From the IMG/VR virus record IMGVR_UViG_2595698524_000001, positions 1 to 64,000 of that record: DNA of 64,000 bases; one strand, given 5' to 3'. Shown one piece after another: positions 9,971 through 19,154 of the stretch. The position numbers and the translations under genes are program-made. The notes under the pieces were generated by a model, which was given only the letters and a program-made list of their open reading frames with translations, was not told where the DNA came from and searched no databases. This DNA is from a virus (taxonomy: Duplodnaviria > Caudoviricetes). Position 1 is the first letter of the stretch, and the number at the start of each line of letters is the position of its first letter.

Positions 9971-10441
9971 ATGAAATTTAAAGACATCATTGATTTTCTC
10001 ACACTCGACACGTTTTCAGGCACAGTAGTCGACATCGGTACAACCACTTATCCGATAAAGAATGAGGGTGATGCGGAGGTTGTCTCGTTAGATATCACCA
10101 TCGAATCTGAAGGCGACCCTGAGCGTAAATTCGTTTATCACATGGGGCCCATTGAATTCATGGGCGTCATTAAAGACCACAAACTCGCCGTCGGGGACTT
10201 TATCTCGGTAAGGAAATACCCATTGCAGAAACATTACGGTGTGCGTAAACATCGTAATCTGCAGTACCCCGCGCCGTTAGAACGGGCCGCCGCAAGATAC
10301 ATGCTCACAGCCGGTGTGAAAGTATTATCCCTGCAAGCCCGCGAGCGTAGGGAGTACCATGGCTCTGACGACTTGACCGCTCAGCATTTAGACAACCACG
10401 CGCTTCGTGCAATCTTAATTCGCCAGCGCTTGGAGAAGTAG
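9971..10441 (+). CDS. hypothetical protein, possible OB fold
   Basis: pattern FSGTVVD...LDITI...LAVGDFISV. Confidence 0.6.
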   Translation: MKFKDIIDFLTLDTFSGTVVDIGTTTYPIKNEGDAEVVSLDITIESEGDPERKFVYHMGPIEFMGVIKDHKLAVGDFISVRKYPLQKHYGVRKHRNLQYPAPLERAAARYMLTAGVKVLSLQARERREYHGSDDLTAQHLDNHALRAILIRQRLEK

Positions 10442-10460
10442 ATTTAAAGGGTCCCGGCCC

Positions 10461-10488
10461 TTTTTTACGATTCAGTCCATTAGTTTAG
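10461..10488 (+). promoter_or_regulatory. putative middle-class promoter of the DNA polymerase gene
   Basis: TTTTTTAC GATTCAGTCCATTAG TTTAG; the T-tract is shared with an upstream hairpin terminator. Confidence 0.55.
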
Positions 10489-10516
10489 AGGCTGTAAAAA
10501 GAATTAGAGGGTCGGC

Positions 10517-12718
10517 ATGACTATTGAATACGATTCACCTTTCCGTTTGAACAAGGAAGAGTACGAACGCGACATCGACGTTATTGATGCGTACTTCGAG
10601 CAGATTTTCCATTACGTTGATAACCAAACTGGTCATGAGTACGATATCGAAACCATCCGCATGAACATCAAGGAGATGTTTAAAGAGGGTGGCGAGTTGG
10701 AACACACGTTCCCGAAAGTGCGTATGTTTGTGCGTAACCAGAAAACCGGTGACCGTGAAGAGAAGTTCGTTACTATCGATAAACTTTTCCAGAAGGTGAT
10801 TGAGAAGGAACTGATTAGCGCCCCATCACTGACTTTCTATCTGCCAGAAACTGTTAAGCGCTCTAAGCTGTCTGAGTTCATGGAAAAGAACGTGGCTAAG
10901 CGTGCAGTTATCAAAGGCGAAATGTTTGCTGCGAAAGCTGCGGGTAACTCGGTACTGCACATCAACAAAAAGAACGAGCAGAACGCCGTTAAAACTCTGA
11001 ACAACGGTTCGTCTGGTGCATTCAGCTCACCGTACACCATTCTGTACAACCAGTCTTCACACTCGGTACTGACGTCTACCTGCCGTACTGCAACATCGTT
11101 TGCAAACGCAGCCAACGAACGTCTGTTGGGTGGACGTCGTCACTACGACACACCGAACCGAGTTATCGACCACTTCCTGTCTATCGGTACGCTCACTGAC
11201 TTCCGTGAGTTCGGACAGATTGTGGAAGAATTCAATCTGCACATTCCAACCGTTGATGAAACGATGGAAGTTATCCACTACTCGTCCAACGATTACTGGA
11301 TTAACCCGGAAGCAGATAAGAAAATCCGTCAGTACGTTGAGAACACTCCTGGACTCGAACGTGCGGCATTGGTCTACATGGGCGACATGTTCCATCTGGC
11401 CAAATTCAACGACGGCATGATGCGTGATTTCTTCAAAGCACTTATCAGTAAAGAAGTGTTTGATGAAGAAGTGACCGATTGGGATAAGGCGCTGAAAACG
11501 ATTGACGGCGATATGAAAATCGTTATCTCGCAGTTCCGTACCGATATCGTGCCGGTCGGTAAAGCATTTGGTGACGTTCGCAAGAAAGATGAAGAGACCG
11601 ATAAGTGGCTGCCATGGGATCAACAGGACGATTTCAAACAATTGATTCGTACTGGTCTGTTCCTGCAGAAAACTATTGGTCGTTATTCGAAGTTCATCAA
11701 AGTGCTGCTGACCAATAAAAACCTGCCTGTTAACATTGCACGTATGCCGGACGTGGTACGTAAAGTGGGTGTGGTATCTGATACCGACTCCACAATGATG
11801 ACGGCGCAGTGGTGGGCAACGTGGTTTACTGGTTCGTACTTCGGTGAAGAAGCGACCCGTGTTTCGGACATGATTATCTATTTGGCAACGCAGCACATGC
11901 GTCACCTTATGGCGAGTATGTCTAAGAATATGGGGGTACACACCGATCGTATCTTCTTGTATGCGGCAAAGAACGAGTTTAAGTTTGACTCCTTTGCACT
12001 GACCACCAAAGCTAAGCACTACTTCTCACTCATTACTGCACAGGAAGGTCAGCTGTTGACCGACCCAGAGCTGGAAGTGAAGGGCGTATCCTTACGTACC
12101 TCGAACATCCCGCCAATCGTTATGGATGAGTTTAAGAAAACCATCAAAGGTTTCTGTAAGACGGTAGCGGCGGGCGAGCAGATTGAGATTCTGCCTGTAC
12201 TGCGTCGTGTAGCAGAAATTGAACACGAGGTTGCCTCTACCGTACGTAACGGTCGGGCAGATTACCTCAAAACCACCAACATCAAAGACCGCAGTGCATA
12301 TGCGGACGATGATGAAAAGAACTACCACTATCACCGTATGTATAACGCCATCTTCGGGCCGAAGTATGGTTATCTCGATGAACCTCCTTACGAGGCAGTA
12401 CGTCTGCCGGTAAACCTCGAGAACAAAACCCAAATTGCTGACTGGTTAGCTTCGATTGAAGACCCTATCATTAAAGCGGGTGCGGAGAAGTGGTTTGAAG
12501 AGAACCCAAAACGTAAATATACCTCACTGATGCTGCCGGACTATCTGGTGAGCAACCACGGGATACCGCCTGACCTTATCAAGGCAGCGAACTCTCGTCG
12601 TACAGCCTTTGCTACGGTTGAACCGTATTATCATGTGCTGGAGTGTTTAGGTGTGTTTATGATTGACGAAGATCGTACTCGTCTGTTGAGTGACTACTAC
12701 GGGGAGGCGATTGAATAA
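10517..12718 (+). CDS. family B DNA polymerase, motif B/C subunit (phiKZ gp50-like)
   Basis: 733 aa; motif B-like QNAVKTLNNGSSG, motif C SDTDS, KAKHY and EVKG thumb motifs; no exonuclease motifs or motif A. Confidence 0.9.
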   Translation: MTIEYDSPFRLNKEEYERDIDVIDAYFEQIFHYVDNQTGHEYDIETIRMNIKEMFKEGGELEHTFPKVRMFVRNQKTGDREEKFVTIDKLFQKVIEKELISAPSLTFYLPETVKRSKLSEFMEKNVAKRAVIKGEMFAAKAAGNSVLHINKKNEQNAVKTLNNGSSGAFSSPYTILYNQSSHSVLTSTCRTATSFANAANERLLGGRRHYDTPNRVIDHFLSIGTLTDFREFGQIVEEFNLHIPTVDETMEVIHYSSNDYWINPEADKKIRQYVENTPGLERAALVYMGDMFHLAKFNDGMMRDFFKALISKEVFDEEVTDWDKALKTIDGDMKIVISQFRTDIVPVGKAFGDVRKKDEETDKWLPWDQQDDFKQLIRTGLFLQKTIGRYSKFIKVLLTNKNLPVNIARMPDVVRKVGVVSDTDSTMMTAQWWATWFTGSYFGEEATRVSDMIIYLATQHMRHLMASMSKNMGVHTDRIFLYAAKNEFKFDSFALTTKAKHYFSLITAQEGQLLTDPELEVKGVSLRTSNIPPIVMDEFKKTIKGFCKTVAAGEQIEILPVLRRVAEIEHEVASTVRNGRADYLKTTNIKDRSAYADDDEKNYHYHRMYNAIFGPKYGYLDEPPYEAVRLPVNLENKTQIADWLASIEDPIIKAGAEKWFEENPKRKYTSLMLPDYLVSNHGIPPDLIKAANSRRTAFATVEPYYHVLECLGVFMIDEDRTRLLSDYYGEAIE

Positions 12719-12726
12719 GGAACAAT

Positions 12727-13080
12727 ATGGAAAAGTATTTCTTCTGCAAAGATATTGACGCGGCTGCTCCTGAGTTTGCGTCTACCGCGTACCCGACCGC
12801 AGCAGCTGCGGTCTTAAACTATCTGCTCTACTGTCACCCGACGGTTAAGCACATGTGTAAGCTGTCACGTCGGGCTGATGATAAGCCATATCAGTTGACA
12901 ACCTCTCGCCCTAATGAGAAGTTGTCGATGATGGTGTGTGAAACTGATGTCAAGGTAAGCGATGGTCAAGGTCGTGCTATTTACGGCGATGACCAGACGA
13001 TTACCAAGCCGTTAGTTGACCTGACGATTCGTGAAATCGCTGAAGCCTATCGTCTGCCGCTTATCATCGAAAGACACTAA
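12727..13080 (+). CDS. hypothetical protein
   Basis: 117 aa with AAGGA RBS. Confidence 0.75.
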   Translation: MEKYFFCKDIDAAAPEFASTAYPTAAAAVLNYLLYCHPTVKHMCKLSRRADDKPYQLTTSRPNEKLSMMVCETDVKVSDGQGRAIYGDDQTITKPLVDLTIREIAEAYRLPLIIERH

Positions 13081-13086
13081 AAGGTG

Positions 13087-13119
13087 CCCTATCTCGGTTT
13101 TCCGGGATAGGGATTTTTT
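13087..13119 (+). terminator. intrinsic terminator
   Basis: CCCTATCTCGG-TTTT-CCGGGATAGGG followed by a T-tract. Confidence 0.8.
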
Positions 13120-13345
13120 GGACGAACCCGCGTCATTCCTAGAAAGTGGTTTTTTGGAGTGTTCATTTTAACTCTTATTATATGCAACTTCCCTTCACGG
13201 GGGAGGGGCCTACGGGGGAGGGGGTAATATGTATATATATGGAGATAATTTAGTAATAGTAAATTGATCTATTAATTTAATAAATAATTAGGTTATTAAC
13301 TTAGTAGATCAGATCCGTAGTAAGTAACTAAGATCGATCTAAACT
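13120..13345. other. AT-rich intergenic region with G4 motif and GATC cluster (candidate replication origin)
   Basis: GGGGG-A-GGGG-CCTAC-GGGGG-A-GGGGG at 13199-13224; GATCTATTAATTT at 13266; five GATC in 13266-13339. Confidence 0.4.
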
Positions 13346-13346
13346 T

Positions 13347-13391
13347 AAAAAAGAAAAGTAAACCTACCTACCCTAATGGGTAGGTAGGTAG
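13347..13391 (-). terminator. intrinsic terminator of the minus-strand gene
   Basis: ACCTACCTACCC-TAAT-GGGTAGGTAGGT preceded by an A-tract on +. Confidence 0.85.
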
Positions 13392-14453
13392 TTATGATCC
13401 GATCACTGCATTCAGCTTACTGAATACGTTCTGATCCAAAGTGAGTTTTACTGAGGAAGGTAAACGTTCAGTGAACCGTAACTGGAAGAAGTTCCTTAAC
13501 TCTCTAACCAGTGTTGGGTAGTAACGGGCCATAGCTGGGTTATCGTAGTTTACCACATACGCCATAAAGTTCAGGTTCACCAGTTGGTAGAACCAGCGCT
13601 GTTGGTTTGTACGGGAATACGATTCATCTGCCAGTAACCCTAACGCACTCGGTTTCCCATTGAAATACATGAGGAGGTGGTTCATTACCACACCGGGGAG
13701 CGGACTACCGGATAACAGTCGCTCACGGATAACCTTTGCATTACGGTCTACGAGTGGTGCGAGCATTGGGATAGGATAGTCTCTGAAGTCATCATCCTTT
13801 TCGATAGCTACACCGTTGGCCAAGAACCGATGACGGTTGAATACCGCTAAGTCCATGTACGTAGGGAGCATACGGTAAACGACATACCGCCAGAGGAAGG
13901 TCTGCAGATTTATCCCACCGTGGTTTTTGTTACGCTGGTAATATTTGTAGGCTTGGAAGTATTGCCAAACCAGAGCAACCAGATTAATTTCAATATAGCT
14001 AATACCGCGTCCACCGTTCTTCGTACCCATCTGCCAGTTCAGATTGGTGTAGTCGTGGAACAGGTAGCGGGCAGGCTGTAGTTCTCGCCACGGGGTATTC
14101 GGGTCGATGTGTTCAATAGAGATAGCGATTAACTCCGCTTGTCCCTGAATGAACTCACCTACATGGATTTCTCCAGGGTGACTGGGAGAGACTAAACGCA
14201 TGGCTGCGCCGATGTTGATGAACTTACGTCGGCACGCCCAGTATATGTCGTCGTACGTGGCGTCGGGTTGAAAGCCGATAGCCGAGAGGATACGCACCAG
14301 TAGGTGTTCGGATTTCACTCGGTTCTGCAGGCCCTCTACACGGTTACGAATACGTCTCTGATTATTTTTTACAACAGATGCAATAGTTATGGACGTAGGG
14401 TCAACGTTATGTGACTTTATGATGCTCTGCTGGATATCCGCGTTACTGAACAT
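13392..14453 (-). CDS. conserved protein, probably virion-associated (phiKZ gp52-like)
   Basis: 353 aa with AGGAG RBS; TATG ~23 nt upstream; divergent from chimallin as in phiKZ-like phages. Confidence 0.6.
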   Translation of the reverse strand: MFSNADIQQSIIKSHNVDPTSITIASVVKNNQRRIRNRVEGLQNRVKSEHLLVRILSAIGFQPDATYDDIYWACRRKFINIGAAMRLVSPSHPGEIHVGEFIQGQAELIAISIEHIDPNTPWRELQPARYLFHDYTNLNWQMGTKNGGRGISYIEINLVALVWQYFQAYKYYQRNKNHGGINLQTFLWRYVVYRMLPTYMDLAVFNRHRFLANGVAIEKDDDFRDYPIPMLAPLVDRNAKVIRERLLSGSPLPGVVMNHLLMYFNGKPSALGLLADESYSRTNQQRWFYQLVNLNFMAYVVNYDNPAMARYYPTLVRELRNFFQLRFTERLPSSVKLTLDQNVFSKLNAVIGS

Positions 14454-14511
14454 GTGGAAGTCTCCTAAGGGTGGTCATACTATCCCACCGCGTTACTCTA
14501 AAAAATTACAG

Positions 14512-14607
14512 ATAGATTTTATTGTATTGAACCAGAGCGCTTAAAACCGTTCTACGTGTTTGAGTAATGTTATTGAAAGATTATTCAAACATATTTTATT
14601 CCCGTGA
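14512..14607 (+). promoter_or_regulatory. tandem putative early promoters of the chimallin gene
   Basis: ATAGATT-TTA-TTGTA-TTGA (14512) and ACATATT-TTA-TTCCC-GTGA (14589). Confidence 0.55.
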
Positions 14608-14656
14608 GTTAACTCAAAGTAATCATTTCAATCTCTATAAACAGGAAATAAATACC

Positions 14657-16438
14657 ATGGTAGAATTCTACGACGAAAACAAAAACTCCAACACTTCTAA
14701 AGACTCTAACGCTGCTACTGGCAACGTTCAGGGCTTTTCTGTTGGTACCGCTGCCGAAATGAACATGGCCTTTGAGTGGAGCTCCGTCAACTCTCAGGCT
14801 GGTAAGTTCGTCGAGCTGATTAAAGAAGCGGCGAAAGAGAACAAGTATCTGGCCAACTTCCAGGTCGGTACTGTTGATGCGGTAACCGGTGAATTCGGTT
14901 CTGCGGCTTACGTCGCTGGTGAACTGCGTGGCATCCCGCTGTTCGGTATCGTGTTCTTCGAGAAGGGCCTGTCCCTGCGTCTGGTGGTAAACAACAATCA
15001 GGAAGATTACTACTCTATCGCTTCCCTGATTAACAAAGACGTTATCGCCACTGTTGCGAAAACGCTGAAAACCACCCACAGCCTGTCTCAGGACCCGCGC
15101 TTCATTTCCATCAACACCATCCCGGATCTGGATATCGCCCTGACCCGTGAGCGTGCTCTGTCCATCATGGGCCAGATGATGACCAGCATCTTCGGTCGTG
15201 CTTCTGGCTATCTGGGCAAACTGGTCGTCACCAAAAACGACAAGTTCATCGCACAGGTTGGCAGTATCGGTGAAGGCGCAGTGCTGGACGTAAACGGTCA
15301 CGCACAGCGTGCTGACTTCGGTATCAAACTGTCTCACGTGCCGATGCAGCAGAACACTGCACCGACTCTGATGTCCGGTACCAACGCTCAGCAGTATCCG
15401 AACTGCGCCGCAGCTGGTTACGCTAACCTGCGTTACACCGGTATCGTGAAGAACGCTGACGGTTCCATGAAAGACCGCCGTCAGATTTCTCCTGAGCTGG
15501 TTGTGAGCCTGATGGACTCCTCTACCCTGACTGCGAACGCACCGTTCGAACGTCAGCTTCTGATGCTGGGTGTTGCGGCTAAAACTGCAGCGCTGGGCGG
15601 CTGGATGGAATTCATCAAGAACTCTCTGGACGGTAAGACTCGTAAAATCTCTGCGCTGGCGCAGAACTGCAACTGGGGTGCAGACGTGTCTAACACCGAC
15701 TGGAAAGCGATGGACAAATCTGCAGAAGCGGCTGAACGCTTCCTGCGTGAGTTCTGCTACGAAACCGCTGGTCTGGTAGTTGAGCACCGTGCTGGTAACG
15801 GTATCGGTGGTCTGATTGGTCTGCTGTCCGAAGTGGCACAGAACAAACCTCAGGCGCTGGAAACCCTGCTGGCTCTGCTGGACAACATGTTCCCGGCTGT
15901 AGACAATCTGAAGTTCTCCGATGGTCTGCGTCAGGCATTCGGCGGTAACGTTACACTGAACGCGTCTCACATCGTGTCTGGTGTTGTTCCGACCGTAGCC
16001 GGTGTTTACCGTGGTTCTAACGGCCTGCGTTCATACTCCGATATGGACCTGCTGCGCACCACTACCCACCTGGGTGACGACCGTGCCGAAGTGCTGAAAT
16101 ACTTCCGTGCTCAGTCCTACAAACACCGTAACATGTCTCCGAAACAGCAGCGTATCTATCTGGCGCAGCTGGCTAACAGCATGTTCTCTGGCAACGATCC
16201 GATTCCGACCGGTGAAGCTGTTCAGATTTCCATCAACCCCACTTTCGCTAAGTTCCTGTACGAAGCGATTGATGCACACGGCCTGTTGCAGCTGACTGGC
16301 GTTAACGCTGTGTCTGTTGCGGATTCCGTACCGTTCTACAACAACACTGGCGAACTGTTCGTAATGTCTGGTGTTGGTGGCGTGTCTACCAACAGCGCGT
16401 TCGACTTCGCTCAGCAGTCTGGCTATTTCAGCATGTAA
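14657..16438 (+). CDS. chmA: chimallin, major phage nuclear shell protein (phiKZ gp54-like)
   Basis: ~593 aa; very strong high-expression codon bias; directly upstream of the nvRNAP beta' N-terminal gene, the conserved chmA position; AGGA RBS. Confidence 0.8.
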   Translation: MVEFYDENKNSNTSKDSNAATGNVQGFSVGTAAEMNMAFEWSSVNSQAGKFVELIKEAAKENKYLANFQVGTVDAVTGEFGSAAYVAGELRGIPLFGIVFFEKGLSLRLVVNNNQEDYYSIASLINKDVIATVAKTLKTTHSLSQDPRFISINTIPDLDIALTRERALSIMGQMMTSIFGRASGYLGKLVVTKNDKFIAQVGSIGEGAVLDVNGHAQRADFGIKLSHVPMQQNTAPTLMSGTNAQQYPNCAAAGYANLRYTGIVKNADGSMKDRRQISPELVVSLMDSSTLTANAPFERQLLMLGVAAKTAALGGWMEFIKNSLDGKTRKISALAQNCNWGADVSNTDWKAMDKSAEAAERFLREFCYETAGLVVEHRAGNGIGGLIGLLSEVAQNKPQALETLLALLDNMFPAVDNLKFSDGLRQAFGGNVTLNASHIVSGVVPTVAGVYRGSNGLRSYSDMDLLRTTTHLGDDRAEVLKYFRAQSYKHRNMSPKQQRIYLAQLANSMFSGNDPIPTGEAVQISINPTFAKFLYEAIDAHGLLQLTGVNAVSVADSVPFYNNTGELFVMSGVGGVSTNSAFDFAQQSGYFSM

Positions 16439-16459
16439 TATCCGGCTGTAACTAAAGAC

Positions 16460-16503
16460 GGGAGAGGATAAAACCTCTCCCCCTTTTCAACTGCTATTTT
16501 TTT
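16460..16503 (+). terminator. intrinsic terminator
   Basis: GGGAGAGG-ATAAAA-CCTCTCCC followed by a T-rich tail. Confidence 0.65.
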
Positions 16504-16516
16504 CGTTGGAGTAAGA

Positions 16517-18139
16517 ATGAGTGAGCAAACCACTGAATACTACGGTATTTCAGGCGAGATAGAAAATCTCGACAATTACTACTTTCAGCTCATGCTGGAA
16601 GCGCGTGCAAAGGGTGTTAAACCGCCCGTGGTTATCAACGACATTGCACGTGAGTTCGACAGTAGCGTCGTTACTGAGCACATCGATGCGTTACTGCAGA
16701 ACCGTATTGTCAATGAGAAGTTGAACAACACGCCGATTTGCAGCATTCATTGTGAGCACCCAACCGCGCACCGTTACAACCTTGGCAATAAATGTCCGAG
16801 CTGCGGTTTCGTGGTCACGGAGAACCGACTCGAGTCGGAAGTGTGGCTACAAGCGCCAACCGAAATGCAAGCGTTTATCAATCCGCGTTTCTGGTTATTA
16901 TTCAACGCGAACTTTGGCGGCCTAACGCAGCTGAAGAAGTTCGACCGCACTAACTATACGTTAGAGCGTGGTGCAGATTTGATAATGTGGTTAATTGACC
17001 CTAATTACAAACTGCCCGACCAAGTCCCATCCCGTATGCAGACGACTATCGCAGTTCTGGAAGAGAACTGTTATGTACGTGGGATGGAAAACTTCTACGA
17101 ACACCACGGCCGTGTATTTGAAATCTTAGTCCGTAAGGAGAACTGGGATAAAATCATGAACGTGGGCAGAAATACGAACGGTGAGCCAGAACGTGACCGT
17201 GAGCGTTGGATTAAGTTCTTTGCTGAACAGGCAAACGCAATCTTCTCCCGACACTTGCCAATCATCACGTCGAAGTTTATCGTGGCGGAAGAGACGCAGC
17301 GTGGCTTAAGCGTTGACCCGGTATTTGTAGGGGCGATTGATGCGGTGAAAACCATTGCGTCTATCTATACTCGACAGACCGCGTTAGACGTGCGCTTCTT
17401 GCTGGGTCGTGCTATCAAAGCTAACCGTCAGTTGGCGTATTTCTACAACGACCTGCGAAAAGAAACCTTGTCGCAGAAAACCGGTATCTACCGTTCGAAA
17501 GTCAGTTCGACCTTCATTCCGTTCGGTGGCCGTGCAACAATTTCACCTATCTCCGAGCCACACAGCACCTGGGACTTGCATGCACCTTGGCGTTGGATGG
17601 TAAACTTGATGTCAATCGACATTGAGAATAAACTGATGGGTCGTGGCTATACAGCGCGTGAGTGCGAAACGCGAATCGCATTTGCTTGTATGCAATACGA
17701 CCGTGAGATTGATGAGATTCTGGACGAGCTCATTGCGGAATCGCCGGGTGGCAAAGGTATCATGGTTGTGATGCTGCGTAACCCGACGCTGGTACAGCTT
17801 TCTGTCGAAACCTTCTGGATTACCAAAGTCATCAAAGATGTGAATCAGTGTTCGATTCGTATCTCTGTACGCGCCATCAAGATGATGAACGCCGACTTCG
17901 ATGGTGACCAGTTGATGGTGTGGCGTCCAGTCGATAAGCGCGAAATGGATTTGGCAATGGGTTATCGTCCGGACAACGGTTTTATGTCTGCAACGAACGT
18001 AGACGAAGTAGCCCATGGGATGGTCTTGCACAATGAGGTCATCAGTATGCAAAACAACTTCCTCGCGGATGAGGAAGAAGATGAGCACATGGGTACACCG
18101 CTCGACGCCGTATTATTAGAAGCTCTGGCTAACAATTGA
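16517..18139 (+). CDS. non-virion RNA polymerase beta' N-terminal subunit (phiKZ gp55-like)
   Basis: catalytic NADFDGD, RNPTL motif, GRATISP, Zn-finger CSIHC...CPSC. Confidence 0.92.
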   Translation: MSEQTTEYYGISGEIENLDNYYFQLMLEARAKGVKPPVVINDIAREFDSSVVTEHIDALLQNRIVNEKLNNTPICSIHCEHPTAHRYNLGNKCPSCGFVVTENRLESEVWLQAPTEMQAFINPRFWLLFNANFGGLTQLKKFDRTNYTLERGADLIMWLIDPNYKLPDQVPSRMQTTIAVLEENCYVRGMENFYEHHGRVFEILVRKENWDKIMNVGRNTNGEPERDRERWIKFFAEQANAIFSRHLPIITSKFIVAEETQRGLSVDPVFVGAIDAVKTIASIYTRQTALDVRFLLGRAIKANRQLAYFYNDLRKETLSQKTGIYRSKVSSTFIPFGGRATISPISEPHSTWDLHAPWRWMVNLMSIDIENKLMGRGYTARECETRIAFACMQYDREIDEILDELIAESPGGKGIMVVMLRNPTLVQLSVETFWITKVIKDVNQCSIRISVRAIKMMNADFDGDQLMVWRPVDKREMDLAMGYRPDNGFMSATNVDEVAHGMVLHNEVISMQNNFLADEEEDEHMGTPLDAVLLEALANN

Positions 18140-18149
18140 GGAGTATTGC

Positions 18150-18734
18150 ATGAGTATGTGGGACCAACCCGGGACTGCGTTTACGAAGATCACCGGTGAC
18201 GCCGCTAACTTCCTCAACAGCACGTTCGATATCAATTCGTTCGCGTCTGACTTTGTTGATAAAGTGAAGCAGCAAGTCCAAAAAGTAGCCAGCATTGATT
18301 TGTTCCGTCTGACTTCTGCCGCAGCGCGTAAGATGCGTTTCGCCAGTGGTGCAGATATCGTGCGTCAGTTAGAACAACTCGGCGAATTCCAAATGGCCCC
18401 TCCTGTAATGCAGCCGTTCTTGGTTGCGATGCCGGAGTACCGTACGTTGTATAACAACAACATGGCGGCTGGCTTTGAGAATGGGTTCGCCAAACACGAC
18501 CAGTTCCGTGGGAATGCATATATGCACACCGACGCCAACTATCGTGAAGCGACCGATGGCATGGTAACTGAATACCATCCGACTCACTTGTTTAACTGGG
18601 TGCTGCCGGAAGAGCGTGAAGGTAAATTGTCACGCATCAATAAAGTTGACCTGCAAATCTGCTGGAGTCGTGCGCGTGATTTGGATTGGGAAGATTCTGA
18701 CCCCTACTCCGAATACAACGCGTCCTGCTACTAA
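18150..18734 (+). CDS. conserved hypothetical protein (possibly phiKZ gp59-like)
   Basis: 194 aa with GAGGAG RBS; homology by synteny only. Confidence 0.6.
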   Translation: MSMWDQPGTAFTKITGDAANFLNSTFDINSFASDFVDKVKQQVQKVASIDLFRLTSAAARKMRFASGADIVRQLEQLGEFQMAPPVMQPFLVAMPEYRTLYNNNMAAGFENGFAKHDQFRGNAYMHTDANYREATDGMVTEYHPTHLFNWVLPEEREGKLSRINKVDLQICWSRARDLDWEDSDPYSEYNASCY

Positions 18735-18738
18735 TCAC

Positions 18739-18767
18739 AAGAGGGGCTTTGGGCCCCTCTTTTTTTC
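18739..18767 (+). terminator. intrinsic terminator
   Basis: AAGAGGGGC-TTTG-GGCCCCTCTT followed by a T-tract. Confidence 0.8.
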
Positions 18768-18779
18768 TGAGGTTTCGTT

Positions 18780-19154
18780 ATGACTAATATTGTAGTGGGC
18801 ACGCTCTCTACTCGTGGCTGGGCCACCACCGCAGAAGAAAAAATCCGCGAGGTGATGAACAATTACACCGAAGCAGGTTTCAGTCAGTCAATTATTTATC
18901 AGGGGAATATCAAATCTCTTGAACATGCCCGCTTCCGTACCGAACAAGACCCTGAAGCGCTCCGCTCAGAAGTCAAGAAAGACCTTCTTTCATTGTACGG
19001 TAATATCTTCCCGGATGGAGTACAAGTCAATACATTCATACAGGAAGACCCTGAAAGCGATGTCCGCTTAAAGCTGATTATCGAAGTTCAGGTGACCGAA
19101 GGTACTGAACAGTATTCGATTGAAAAATACGTGGAAGTGGAGAATAAAGAATGA
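18780..19154 (+). CDS. putative virion protein (possible T4 gp25-like baseplate/sheath initiator)
   Basis: 124 aa; helices followed by a C-terminal beta-strand pattern; size fits the gp25 family; inference only. Confidence 0.4.
   Translation: MTNIVVGTLSTRGWATTAEEKIREVMNNYTEAGFSQSIIYQGNIKSLEHARFRTEQDPEALRSEVKKDLLSLYGNIFPDGVQVNTFIQEDPESDVRLKLIIEVQVTEGTEQYSIEKYVEVENKE

Noticed and set aside
11057-12019. 320-aa antisense ORF within the DNA polymerase gene
   Set aside because: Shadow ORF with no expression signals
13120-13345. DnaA-dependent oriC
   Set aside because: No TTATCCACA-type DnaA box seen; only unwinding-element-like features are reported
14567-14656. ORF-track N-terminal extension of chimallin (similar cases at 3439, 9452, 9896, 57150, 61992)
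   Set aside because: The extensions run through promoter or terminator sequence; RBS-supported starts lie downstream
14609-15970. 453-aa antisense ORF opposite chimallin
   Set aside because: Mirror-frame ORF expected from strong codon bias (avoidance of TTA/CTA/TCA); no RBS or motif
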